A program made the translations under genes and the position numbers. The notes under the pieces are model-generated. The model did not search any database, was not told where the DNA came from, and saw only the letters and a program-made list of their open reading frames with translations. A DNA stretch of 64,000 nucleotides from a virus: IMG/VR virus record IMGVR_UViG_3300045988_172855; one strand, given 5' to 3'. This document shows positions 27,622-36,387 of this stretch, one piece after another (position 1 is the first letter of the stretch; each line of letters opens with the position of its first letter).

Positions 27622-27677
27622 TGTCCTTTTCTTTTGATGTTGTAAAGGTACACTTTTGATACACGCGGTCCAACAAT
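27622..27677 (-). repeat. 56-bp perfect direct repeat, copy B (contains a promoter-like TTG-N20-TACCTTTA)
   Basis: Identical to 26141-26196. It lies 3 nt downstream of the helicase stop (27681) and 28 nt upstream of ATG 27593. Confidence 0.9.
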
Positions 27678-27680
27678 AAA

Positions 27681-29111
27681 TCAGATTTTTTTCGCTTTTG
27701 TCAATTTTTTCTCTTTTTCAGGCTTTTCATTTTTTCGCGTTTTTGTAGGTAAACCATTGAATAGTTGATTGGTTCTTACTCTATCATAAAAACGCCCATG
27801 ATCATAATCCGTTGCGATAGGAATCACTTCTTGAGACTCTTTGAAGTCGCGAACCTTGTCATTGTAAATACGCATTGTATCAGTCTTTTTTTCTTCCATT
27901 GTCATATTACCTGTGAAAACATAAGAAAACGGCTTTACAAGCGTTTTATCACCCTCTGTATAACTTCTATCGATCACTCTCTCGGAATTATCCCAAACCT
28001 CAATAGGAACATCACTTGCCTGAGTTGTTGTAAATCCAACCATTTTAAATTCAACACAAATATTTTTAAATAACTGAGCGCATGTCTGTAATTTATCTTT
28101 TTTGAATTTAGGATTGTTATCTATAATCTTATTTAAACCTGTAGAAACAAGATCTAAAGAATCGAGAATTAAAACTTTTGGATAAAATCCGTTTGCTTTA
28201 TGATAATCAAGAACAAGATTTCTTATATCTACCATAGTAGCTTCGCCAAACTTTTCAAATCCATAAACATCAATGTCTTGTCCATACTCCTTCATCGTTT
28301 GATATGCTCTTAATACAGCCTCCTGATCTTCAGGTTCTAGATATCCTCGCCTAATATCGTTATACTTTTGTCCTGTCCAATATTGATCGTACTTATCAAG
28401 ACATGCCTGGACACCTCCTTCTAACTGGATATGTAAAACAGGATGTCCGTCTAATGCAGCACTCATTCCGTGATGTCTTAATACGGTGGACTTTCCGATA
28501 CCGGACCTCATTATCCACAATACAGTATCTTCTACTGCAGCACCACCATAGGATATCTCATCAAGTCTATCTACGCCAAACGTAACTTTTTCAGGTGTCT
28601 TACTAGTCTCAATTTCACTCCTCTTTCTCTGCATTCGTAAATCGAATCCCTTAAATACCTTTTGAAAAGTTCCTGCATCTTGTCTTAATGAAATTTGCAA
28701 TATTCGCTGACTTTCAGAAGCATTTGTCTGAATTGCTTCTTCTTTTTTTCCATCTTCATACAAATCGTGAACTTTTTTGCTCAACAGTTGGAATTCTACA
28801 TCCTTGATATAAGATTCTAACTGATCAATTATTAATTCACGATCTACTTTATTGGCATTTTTAACTTCTTCAATCGCTTCTTGTACAAAATCATTATCAA
28901 CATACTTTTGAGAGACTGTTCCCAAAGATGGAATAGTCTCTTTATTTGTAAAAATCTCAATCGCTTCTTTTAAAAGAAATTTATATCCAGGCCACTCTTT
29001 AGGTATCAATTGATACGTTAAATTACAGACAGCTATTCTTGTTAGATATGGATCTAAATAAATTAACTTAAATAGCTCTGCCATAAAATTGGCACTTAGT
29101 TTATTCGCCAT
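27681..29111 (-). CDS. DnaB-like replicative DNA helicase
   Basis: C-terminal RecA-like domain with Walker A MRSGIGKSTV and Walker B VLILDSLD, plus an N-terminal helical domain. Adjacent to the primase. Confidence 0.65.
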   Translation of the reverse strand: MANKLSANFMAELFKLIYLDPYLTRIAVCNLTYQLIPKEWPGYKFLLKEAIEIFTNKETIPSLGTVSQKYVDNDFVQEAIEEVKNANKVDRELIIDQLESYIKDVEFQLLSKKVHDLYEDGKKEEAIQTNASESQRILQISLRQDAGTFQKVFKGFDLRMQRKRSEIETSKTPEKVTFGVDRLDEISYGGAAVEDTVLWIMRSGIGKSTVLRHHGMSAALDGHPVLHIQLEGGVQACLDKYDQYWTGQKYNDIRRGYLEPEDQEAVLRAYQTMKEYGQDIDVYGFEKFGEATMVDIRNLVLDYHKANGFYPKVLILDSLDLVSTGLNKIIDNNPKFKKDKLQTCAQLFKNICVEFKMVGFTTTQASDVPIEVWDNSERVIDRSYTEGDKTLVKPFSYVFTGNMTMEEKKTDTMRIYNDKVRDFKESQEVIPIATDYDHGRFYDRVRTNQLFNGLPTKTRKNEKPEKEKKLTKAKKI

Positions 29112-29112
29112 A

Positions 29113-30795
29113 CTATACTAAATTTATCTCAACTTTTACTTCTTTTTCGTCTTCACGCAAACTATTGATACAAATAAATGAGGACATGCAAATATCGTCG
29201 TGTCCCGAACCAGCTTCCAATTTGCCGTTATCGCTTTTAAAAGTAATGGATGAAAATTCTCCGAACATCACATTAACTGCGTCTCTCGTCTCACCAACTG
29301 CATAAGGACATTTTAATTGTCCTCTCTCAAACATTGCAGAAAGACTTGGTAAACCTGTATAAAGATCCTTCTTATTTCCTTCTGTTGTAGTAAAAGGCTC
29401 TATATTTTTCAATCCTCTTTCTTTAGCTAAACCTGAAAGTATGGACTGAAAACCATTCGATTCACACACTATCTTATTCGGTCTAAATAAACGATCTAGT
29501 TGAACAATTTTATCTACTTGTTCATTGTGAGACATACCTCTTTGTCTATAATAATAAAGTAGATAATAATTCTTCATCGAATCAATACCCCAAATTGTAT
29601 AAACCGTATAGTCTGCGCCAATATTACCTGAAACAGCAAAATCGACTCCTATATGCACACGAGTTAATTTGATGGGGAAATCATCAATTGATGTTGCAAA
29701 TCGAATTTGCTCCATTCCTATCGTAGATCTCATAAGATACTCGTAAGGGAATATCGTTGACGAATCGCTAATAGGAACTACAAGATATTCTCGATTAAAT
29801 ACAATTGTCCCCAACTCTTCTTTCTTTTGAAGAATTTGATCAAAAGTATATCTATCAGGAGCAAGTGGACGACCGTCAGGAAAAATTACAGGATATTCAA
29901 AACAATAAAATCGCTTATCAGTTTTCAATACCTGATATAATTCATTGGGCGAAGAAGAATAAGGAGTTCCACATACAAGAAAATAACCGTAAGGTTCTAC
30001 GATAGGTTCTATAGTACCTTTGATTAATTCTTTGATCTTCTCTCTCTGTTCGTCTGAATATAACGAAGATTCATCAGGCATATCGTCACATACACAGGCT
30101 CCAACATGAAGACCGCGAATAAAACCATCTTTACCTCGAACGTGAAGTATTGAACCTGTTTCTGTCGTGATTCCTGTTTCACCGATACTTGCCTTACCAT
30201 TTGGATTAAGTTTTTCTTTTATAAGATCATTTGTCTCAATCTCTTCTCTTACTTTAGCAATCTGCACTTTCGCTAGAGTCATTGTAGATGTGATATAACA
30301 AGTCTCTTTTCGATTTTGATTATCAATTGTATTAGGTATCCATAAAGTCGGTCTACAATAACTCCATAATCTCCATAATACAAATGCGTAAGAGAAGGTA
30401 TAACTCTTACCTGAACCTCGACCACAAAGATAACAACTCCACGGAAACAACTGAATTAAATTCCCCCACTCAATATTTCTCCATCCCATTCTAAAACTAG
30501 GAAGCATAGAGACAATGAAATAATTAAGCGATTGAATTTTTAATGTCGTGTCCATAGAGGCCTTAACATTCTCTATATAATCAAGACTTTCAGAATCAAG
30601 TGTTCGTCCAAGATAAAGAGCTCTTTCAGATTGACAAAGCATCTCTTGTAACATTCGATCAACATCATTAGAATATCCTTCTAATAATTGATTTAAAGCT
30701 CTACCAGGTAGATCTTCAATTATTTTGTCGACAATATCACATAAATATCCAACTTGATTAGCTGATAATAAATCCTTTCCATCAAGTGACGTCAT
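29113..30795 (-). CDS. terL: terminase large subunit
   Basis: ATPase Walker A CGRGSGKSY, Walker B ACVCDDMPDE, and an RNase-H-like nuclease half with IGVDFAVS and SGHDDICMS. 560 aa. Confidence 0.75.
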   Translation of the reverse strand: MTSLDGKDLLSANQVGYLCDIVDKIIEDLPGRALNQLLEGYSNDVDRMLQEMLCQSERALYLGRTLDSESLDYIENVKASMDTTLKIQSLNYFIVSMLPSFRMGWRNIEWGNLIQLFPWSCYLCGRGSGKSYTFSYAFVLWRLWSYCRPTLWIPNTIDNQNRKETCYITSTMTLAKVQIAKVREEIETNDLIKEKLNPNGKASIGETGITTETGSILHVRGKDGFIRGLHVGACVCDDMPDESSLYSDEQREKIKELIKGTIEPIVEPYGYFLVCGTPYSSSPNELYQVLKTDKRFYCFEYPVIFPDGRPLAPDRYTFDQILQKKEELGTIVFNREYLVVPISDSSTIFPYEYLMRSTIGMEQIRFATSIDDFPIKLTRVHIGVDFAVSGNIGADYTVYTIWGIDSMKNYYLLYYYRQRGMSHNEQVDKIVQLDRLFRPNKIVCESNGFQSILSGLAKERGLKNIEPFTTTEGNKKDLYTGLPSLSAMFERGQLKCPYAVGETRDAVNVMFGEFSSITFKSDNGKLEAGSGHDDICMSSFICINSLREDEKEVKVEINLV

Positions 30796-31442
30796 TGCAA
30801 TTCAAATGTATTTCTAAAACGTATTTTCTTCTTATTCGACAATTGTGTCTGACCTTCTCCTCTCAATTTCTTTATATAAGAAATTAAAAGCAAAGCATTG
30901 GCTTTTGTATCTGTCAAAGCTCTATGTGCATCTACAAGATCTATCCCTGCTAATTGACAACATGTACTAAGTTTATAATCCATTTGTTCTAAAGCAGATA
31001 AATGAGCCCACGATAAAGTATCGATCCAATATTTGACATAATTATCAATATTATCTCCCATATCTTCAAAAAAGTTTCTTAAAAAAGGAATATCAAACGA
31101 TATATTGTGTCCTCCCATACTACACATTTGTCGAGGATTTTTGTATTTTTTAAATATGGCACAAACTTCTTTGTAAATTATTTTAAGTTCAACACCATTA
31201 TTTTGTCTCACTTCCTTTTTAATCCCATGTACTTCTTCTGCTTCCTTTGTGTAAATTAATTCTTCTTTATACTCATCTTTAAAAATGAAAGATTTTTCTT
31301 CAATAATTGAAAGATTTTCACAATCAATTACGACTAAAGCTAATTCAACTGCAGCTATATCGTAATATGCTCTTTGTTTACTATTAGGTAAACCTCCTGT
31401 TTCAAAATCAAACATTATAATATACTTAGCAGATGTTTTCAT
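30792..31442 (-). CDS. DnaQ/epsilon-like DEDDh 3'-5' exonuclease
   Basis: ExoI MFDFETGG, ExoII GHNISFDIPFL, ExoIII HRALTDT. Confidence 0.75.
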   Translation of the reverse strand: MKTSAKYIIMFDFETGGLPNSKQRAYYDIAAVELALVVIDCENLSIIEEKSFIFKDEYKEELIYTKEAEEVHGIKKEVRQNNGVELKIIYKEVCAIFKKYKNPRQMCSMGGHNISFDIPFLRNFFEDMGDNIDNYVKYWIDTLSWAHLSALEQMDYKLSTCCQLAGIDLVDAHRALTDTKANALLLISYIKKLRGEGQTQLSNKKKIRFRNTFELQ

Positions 31443-32175
31443 TTATTTCTTGTTTTAAAAATTCAACTAATTCTTCGATATTATCAGATACACTATTCGA
31501 TTTCTCAAGATTGTCTTTTGCCCATAGAGGCTGTAAGTTTCTGTAATTGAAACAGATACGTTGGTTTTCCTCTTTTGTCAAATCGAAATAAGAACACGGA
31601 ATGATATGATCAATCTGCCACTTTCCTTCACCTTTTCCTAAATTATCCCACGTCATTCCAGGTTCAAATTGCATCTCGAGATGAGCTTTCAGCTCATCGA
31701 TCGAGCAACCGAGAAGATTGAGAGTGTGATCTGATTTCTGATTGTTTTTAAGTGCTGTCAGAAGTCTACCTCTTAAATTAGAACTAATTTTATAATTTAT
31801 ATCACTAATTCTCTTTTCCTTGTAATATAAAGACGATTTCCCTAAAAGATTTCGTCTTTTTCTAGACTTTTCGTTAGACTTCTTTCCTTTTTCAGATCGT
31901 CTATACTCATCATTTATTTTTCTATAAACAACCTTACCTTTTTCAGAAGTTCGCCATCGTTTATTCCTCTCTCTTCTCAACAACCTTCCTCTTTCGGAAC
32001 TAACATAATTCTTTTTACAATTTTTACATTGACAATCATAACCATCTGAACAACGTTTGTTCATATAAAAATGATCAAGTGACAATTTACATTTACAAAC
32101 TGAACAAACCTTTAATCCCGTCTCACAATCAAATTTCATCTTTATAAACCTGATTATTTTCGTTCGCAAGTACAT
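31426..32175 (-). CDS. free-standing HNH homing endonuclease
   Basis: N-terminal Cys-rich region and basic repeats. C-terminal WQIDHIIPC...NYRNLQPLWAKDN is an HNH motif. It is a paralogue of 63665-64000. An alternative ATG lies at 32139. Confidence 0.75.
   Translation of the reverse strand: MYLRTKIIRFIKMKFDCETGLKVCSVCKCKLSLDHFYMNKRCSDGYDCQCKNCKKNYVSSERGRLLRRERNKRWRTSEKGKVVYRKINDEYRRSEKGKKSNEKSRKRRNLLGKSSLYYKEKRISDINYKISSNLRGRLLTALKNNQKSDHTLNLLGCSIDELKAHLEMQFEPGMTWDNLGKGEGKWQIDHIIPCSYFDLTKEENQRICFNYRNLQPLWAKDNLEKSNSVSDNIEELVEFLKQEINENIC
31641..31755 (-). repeat. 115-bp exact repeat shared by the two HNH genes (copy 1)
   Basis: aattatcccacgtcattccaggttc...gattgtttttaagtgc is identical to 63886-64000. 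The identity is cut by the window end. Flanks are related but diverged. Confidence 0.9.
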
Positions 32176-32377
32176 TGTACATTCGTATTGTACAATGTTT
32201 TTTAGGAATCACAACAATCTCATTTCCACCAAGATATTCAGGTAAATGTCCTCTTGTTATATAGGCCTGAATGTCATTTCTATTAAATTCTTTACCATTG
32301 TCTTTTTTAAAATTCTCATTCATCCAATGCAACAATCCTTGTGCATTAACCTCTCTTAATAAATACTTTTCTCCCAT
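32129..32377 (-). CDS. hypothetical protein
   Basis: ORF with an ATG start. Confidence 0.45.
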   Translation of the reverse strand: MGEKYLLREVNAQGLLHWMNENFKKDNGKEFNRNDIQAYITRGHLPEYLGGNEIVVIPKKHCTIRMYNVLANENNQVYKDEI

Positions 32378-32378
32378 A

Positions 32379-32774
32379 TCAATTTCTAGCTATTAATAAT
32401 CTTTCAAAATCAACATCTCTTTGTTCTTCGTCTTCGTAAATGATATACAAATTTTTAATAGGATTATCTTTAAACGAAGCTGTTTCATCTTCTAATTTAT
32501 TGATAATTATAACAGGCTCTCCCTTTTTATTATACTCTTTCGATTGAGATATAATAAAACCTTTCAATAAACTAAAATCGTTACCAAAGACAAAATTACG
32601 CTTTTTTATATTACCAGCAAAATTTATCCAATTATCAGCTTCCTCATAAAGTTTCATTTCATTTTCCTTATCAGGAAGTGTTTCGTAATTTTGCAATCTT
32701 GCTGCAAATCTCTTTAAACCTGCACTTTCAAATACTTTGATGCATAGATCAATTATCTTTCTATCTTGATTCAT
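32379..32774 (-). CDS. hypothetical protein
   Basis: ORF with an ATG start. Confidence 0.5.
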   Translation of the reverse strand: MNQDRKIIDLCIKVFESAGLKRFAARLQNYETLPDKENEMKLYEEADNWINFAGNIKKRNFVFGNDFSLLKGFIISQSKEYNKKGEPVIIINKLEDETASFKDNPIKNLYIIYEDEEQRDVDFERLLIARN

Positions 32775-33195
32775 CTCGTTCTTTTTCTAAAAGTTTAAAA
32801 ATCAATTCTTCAGGAATTTGCTTTATAAGTTTCGATCTATCACCAAAATCATAAATATAGTGACAATTTTGACAAGCCAAAACAATATTTTCAGAATCAC
32901 ATCTTAATGTAGGATGTGCTCCTCTTGAAAGAATGTGACTAAAAAATATAGGTTTGGGATTATTTCCCAATCTTTTACCACAATGAAAACAAATATGTTT
33001 TCTAGTTCTCCATATTTCATCGAAAACCACTTGAAGTTCGTTATTTTCTTTTTCAAGAGTATTCTTATTCAAAGAACTTTTCTTTCTATCGTCATCGCAT
33101 TTTTTACAAAGCCATTTATTCCTGTTAAAAATCTTGTGTTCTGTTTTACAACAAACACACGGTCTCACTTCTTCTTTAATTCGCTTTATATACAT
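32761..33195 (-). CDS. zinc-finger HNH-like (NinG-like) protein
   Basis: CVCC...CKKC, CFHCG, then SHILSRGAHP...ENIVLACQNCH (H-N-H arrangement). Confidence 0.45.
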   Translation of the reverse strand: MYIKRIKEEVRPCVCCKTEHKIFNRNKWLCKKCDDDRKKSSLNKNTLEKENNELQVVFDEIWRTRKHICFHCGKRLGNNPKPIFFSHILSRGAHPTLRCDSENIVLACQNCHYIYDFGDRSKLIKQIPEELIFKLLEKERDESR

Positions 33196-33434
33196 TAAAA
33201 ATTTTGATATAATTCAAGATTATTGAAAACATAACACTCTTTATCTCTTATTTGCGGATACATGTAGGATGGGATTTCTGCTATTTTACGGGCATTTCCC
33301 CAATATGATATCTGGTCTTTTACATCAAATAGAAGTTGCGGAGTATCATAAAACAGGTTCAGTTCCCCTTCCTTTTTAACATCTTCATCCCATTTACCTT
33401 CGTCACGGGCGATATATAATTTAAAATTGTTCAT
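33195..33434 (-). CDS. hypothetical protein
   Basis: ORF with an ATG start, preceded by AAGGAGTG. First gene of the higher-GC island. Confidence 0.5.
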   Translation of the reverse strand: MNNFKLYIARDEGKWDEDVKKEGELNLFYDTPQLLFDVKDQISYWGNARKIAEIPSYMYPQIRDKECYVFNNLELYQNF

Positions 33435-33443
33435 AATGATTAT

Positions 33444-33731
33444 TCACTCCTTTAATCTTTTAATTAGTGCATCAGCGCAATTAACCGCATATTTAGCGAG
33501 TGCATCAGAATTACCCCCACAGTCATCTGCTATAACAGCCTTAATAATATCTTTCGCTAATTCGTACCTACGTTGTTCCCAGTCAATAGTTTCACTAAAG
33601 AAATCAAGTTCGCATTCTCTGTAAACCATGTTATCACATACATATAAATAATTATTGTTATGTTGAGAGTTGATGTTTAATTGGGGAGTTACATCTACCA
33701 AAACTCCTGTTGATTTTATTCTTGCTTTCAT
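33444..33731 (-). CDS. hypothetical protein
   Basis: ORF with an ATG start. Shares an MKARIK start and an 18-nt identity with the next small ORF. Confidence 0.5.
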   Translation of the reverse strand: MKARIKSTGVLVDVTPQLNINSQHNNNYLYVCDNMVYRECELDFFSETIDWEQRRYELAKDIIKAVIADDCGGNSDALAKYAVNCADALIKRLKE

Positions 33732-33734
33732 CGT

Positions 33735-33905
33735 TTAATCATTTATTTTAACATAACGCTTAGTAATAGTACCGAATGAATGATACCGATGCCAAACTAT
33801 ATTTCCACGCTGAATTTCAGTAAGCCAATCACAAGCTTTAAAAACTTGTCCTACATTGTATAGGAATGGTCTTTTTTGAATTTTTCTTTTTATTCTTGCT
33901 TTCAT
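33735..33905 (-). CDS. small hypothetical protein (56 aa, not in the ORF track)
   Basis: Hand translation MKARIKRKIQKRPFLYNVGQVFKACDWLTEIQRGNIVWHRYHSFGTITKRYVKIND. The ATG overlaps the upstream TAA (TAATG) and is preceded by AGGAGG. Confidence 0.4.
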   Translation of the reverse strand: MKARIKRKIQKRPFLYNVGQVFKACDWLTEIQRGNIVWHRYHSFGTITKRYVKIND

Positions 33906-34357
33906 TATTCCTCCTTTGTTTTAAAATGTTCAATCAGTTCGTCTACGGTAGCCTTGTGAATGGTATCCGTATTAACATCAATATCACTGTAGACCCAATA
34001 GGTAGAGAACTTGGTTTTAGGACACAGAATCCACTTATCCCCATCCGTAAACCATTGGTACTTGTCTGTATCATCCCTTAATGCAGCGATAGCCAGGAAT
34101 AGTTCTTCATTCGTTCCGCAATCAATACGTCCTTTCTTAGTGACAGTATCTACATTATATATCACTCCATATAAATTACCATAAGACGTTATAATAGCTT
34201 TCCCTTCTTCGATACTTTTATGACTTCCCTTTCCGTCATAATTATGTTCATCTAATGTTGTATTACCAAAATTAAGTATGTTATACCCCAATTCTTCCAG
34301 TCCTATCCGAAGTTCCTGTGTGTTTTTGCGTATAAAGCACGGTGTTGTAAATCCCAT
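33905..34357 (-). CDS. hypothetical protein
   Basis: ORF with an ATG start. AGGAGG at 34365-34370 (complement) lies 7 nt upstream. Confidence 0.55.
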   Translation of the reverse strand: MGFTTPCFIRKNTQELRIGLEELGYNILNFGNTTLDEHNYDGKGSHKSIEEGKAIITSYGNLYGVIYNVDTVTKKGRIDCGTNEELFLAIAALRDDTDKYQWFTDGDKWILCPKTKFSTYWVYSDIDVNTDTIHKATVDELIEHFKTKEE

Positions 34358-34359
34358 AA

Positions 34360-34650
34360 TTATTCCTCCTTAATTATTCGCTCATTTATAATAAACTCTC
34401 CATGAATATCAATGGGAAGCATATTGGAAACACTCGCATGATAAGTCTTACCGTCCATTGCCTTACATAGTGGATGTATTTCTTTAGGCATAGGGGCAGG
34501 ACATTTTTTACAATGTCTTATCATTTCAAAATGTCTGTTTTCCTTATTGCCACAACATTCACAATGAATTGGATAGTAAAAATAAGTACGTTCCAACTGG
34601 GTTTCTTTTCCACATATTTCGCATCTGCCCCATTCTATTGAATTACACAT
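34360..34650 (-). CDS. Cys-rich zinc-binding small protein
   Basis: CEICGKE...CECCG...HCKKC. AGGAGG at 34659-34664 (complement) lies 8 nt upstream. Confidence 0.55.
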   Translation of the reverse strand: MCNSIEWGRCEICGKETQLERTYFYYPIHCECCGNKENRHFEMIRHCKKCPAPMPKEIHPLCKAMDGKTYHASVSNMLPIDIHGEFIINERIIKEE

Positions 34651-34653
34651 AAT

Positions 34654-34854
34654 TTATTCCTCCTTTTCTGTTTTAATATCTGTTACTTTACCACGATTGA
34701 CAAAGCACTGGTCCATGTTTGGGTTTTCATAAGCTATATCGCAAATGATTTCTGAACTATCATCACACTCATTTTGTAATGAGCACTCATCACATATTCC
34801 AACGCACAATTCATGCAACACCCCGTCTATTATTATTCCGTTCTTTATTTCCAT
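34654..34854 (-). CDS. Cys-rich small protein
   Basis: ATG at 34852-34854 (the track start 34866 is TTG), 2 nt after the upstream TGA. Multiple Cys residues (CVGICDECSLQNEC). Confidence 0.45.
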   Translation of the reverse strand: MEIKNGIIIDGVLHELCVGICDECSLQNECDDSSEIICDIAYENPNMDQCFVNRGKVTDIKTEKEE

Positions 34855-34856
34855 AA

Positions 34857-35117
34857 TCAAATACAATTTCTCATATATGTTTTCCTATCAATCATACCGT
34901 TTTCTGATTCTTCTACCAAGCCAAAGAATGTATTAGCATAACAAACATGCTTGTCTATCATTATACATATTCCATCAGACGGATAATATTCACATGAAAC
35001 ATTATCATCCCAATCTATATGTTTTTGTGCTTCTTTGGATATATCATCACAAGCAATCATATACTCTATGTATTTATTAGATGCTTTTCTTATTTTATCA
35101 AATATATTTCCTTTCAT
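34857..35117 (-). CDS. hypothetical protein
   Basis: ORF with an ATG start. Confidence 0.5.
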   Translation of the reverse strand: MKGNIFDKIRKASNKYIEYMIACDDISKEAQKHIDWDDNVSCEYYPSDGICIMIDKHVCYANTFFGLVEESENGMIDRKTYMRNCI

Positions 35118-35127
35118 GGCTTTTCAA

Positions 35128-35382
35128 TTACTCAATATATAAAACAGTCCCTCTATGTATCATATCTTCCAATTCTCTTTCCGAAAACTCATCGAATGTA
35201 TGTTTATCCATAGTGCAAAAATGATACCTTACAAGATGCTTTTCATAATTGATGTTTTTATGATAATCAATCATTACATCACTTATAACCGCCTCAACAA
35301 TCTTACCGTTTACAACAAAAGAAAAACGTGTTCCGACATCATAACACACCTTCTTAAACAAAAGAACTTTACTTTCATTCAT
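35128..35382 (-). CDS. hypothetical protein
   Basis: ATG at 35380-35382 (the track start is TTG). AAGGAGA at 35389-35395 (complement). Confidence 0.5.
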   Translation of the reverse strand: MNESKVLLFKKVCYDVGTRFSFVVNGKIVEAVISDVMIDYHKNINYEKHLVRYHFCTMDKHTFDEFSERELEDMIHRGTVLYIE

Positions 35383-35384
35383 TT

Positions 35385-36233
35385 TCAATCTCCTTTCCCA
35401 TAAACATTTACAAACTCGCTGACATCCATATAGTCTATACCGAAATTCTCGGCTGTTTTCTTGTCACTGTCCGAAAACTGCCCTTCAAGACCGCTTGCAT
35501 CACCAATCATTAGACAATCTTCTACCTCCAAACTGCAATCTTTCCATGTCTTGTAATTATCAAAAAGTTCTTCAAGCATTCCGGTATTCGGCTTTCTCAT
35601 AGGGTTGCTTCTGTCATTGCTTCCGCAATACTTAAAACGCGTATCAATGTTGCAATAATCCATTATACTGTAATTCACATACTCACATTTTACATAAATG
35701 AATGATTCCGGAAACAGACCCTTTTCTATCCCTCCCTGGTTTGTCACGATAAAAATTACTTTAGGATTCAGATTCTTTATTGCATCTAGGACGTCAAACT
35801 TAAACTTCATGTCCCATATACCATTTGGAAACGTCTCACCGCTTGCAGTTTCTATTAACGTCCCGTCCATATCACAAAACAAAACTTTATACTTTTTCAT
35901 TTTTCTATGTGTTTTACTGTTCTTATTCCTTTTTCTGCGTTTCGCAATCTGCTTTCTGACACACCTATCGTCCTTGATACGGCATTTCGTTTTAGGTGAA
36001 TCAAATGAAATCATATCAAAACCTTCAACAACAGGCTTATTGTAATATAGAATAGACGTTTCTTCATTATCAATCTTATCCTTATCCGTTACTATAACAG
36101 CATCACAATCACTGTTTCTAGCTTCCTCAACAGAATCATAACGTTCAAGGGAATATCCTGTTTCCAGATTTTCAAATAGAAGGTATTCGGATGAATTTAT
36201 CATTGAACCTACAACAGCAATCTTCTTAGTCAT
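35385..36233 (-). CDS. PNKP-type DNA 3'-phosphatase (HAD-IIIA) with an N-terminal domain of unknown function
   Basis: LFCDMDGTLIETASGETFP (DxDGT), IFIVTNQGGIEKG, RKPNTGM and MIGDASG follow the HAD-IIIA polynucleotide 3'-phosphatase motif order. A basic linker separates a ~115-aa N-terminal domain. Confidence 0.6.
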   Translation of the reverse strand: MTKKIAVVGSMINSSEYLLFENLETGYSLERYDSVEEARNSDCDAVIVTDKDKIDNEETSILYYNKPVVEGFDMISFDSPKTKCRIKDDRCVRKQIAKRRKRNKNSKTHRKMKKYKVLFCDMDGTLIETASGETFPNGIWDMKFKFDVLDAIKNLNPKVIFIVTNQGGIEKGLFPESFIYVKCEYVNYSIMDYCNIDTRFKYCGSNDRSNPMRKPNTGMLEELFDNYKTWKDCSLEVEDCLMIGDASGLEGQFSDSDKKTAENFGIDYMDVSEFVNVYGKGD

Positions 36234-36382
36234 ATTTTATTATTTTTATAATGATTACAATACTTAGGAGTTTTCCTAGCCGTTATTCTCTTCTGTAAAG
36301 CCATGCAATACATAAACGGACGAATACCTTGATAGTGTATGCACTCACTACAATGCACTCCTAAATTCATTACCTTTGCCAT
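36230..36382 (-). CDS. small Cys-rich hypothetical protein (50 aa, not in the ORF track)
   Basis: Hand translation MAKVMNLGVHCSECIHYQGIRPFMYCMALQKRITARKTPKYCNHYKNNKI. Preceded by AAGGAGT. Its stop overlaps the next ATG (ATGA). Confidence 0.4.
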   Translation of the reverse strand: MAKVMNLGVHCSECIHYQGIRPFMYCMALQKRITARKTPKYCNHYKNNKI

Positions 36383-36387
36383 AACAA

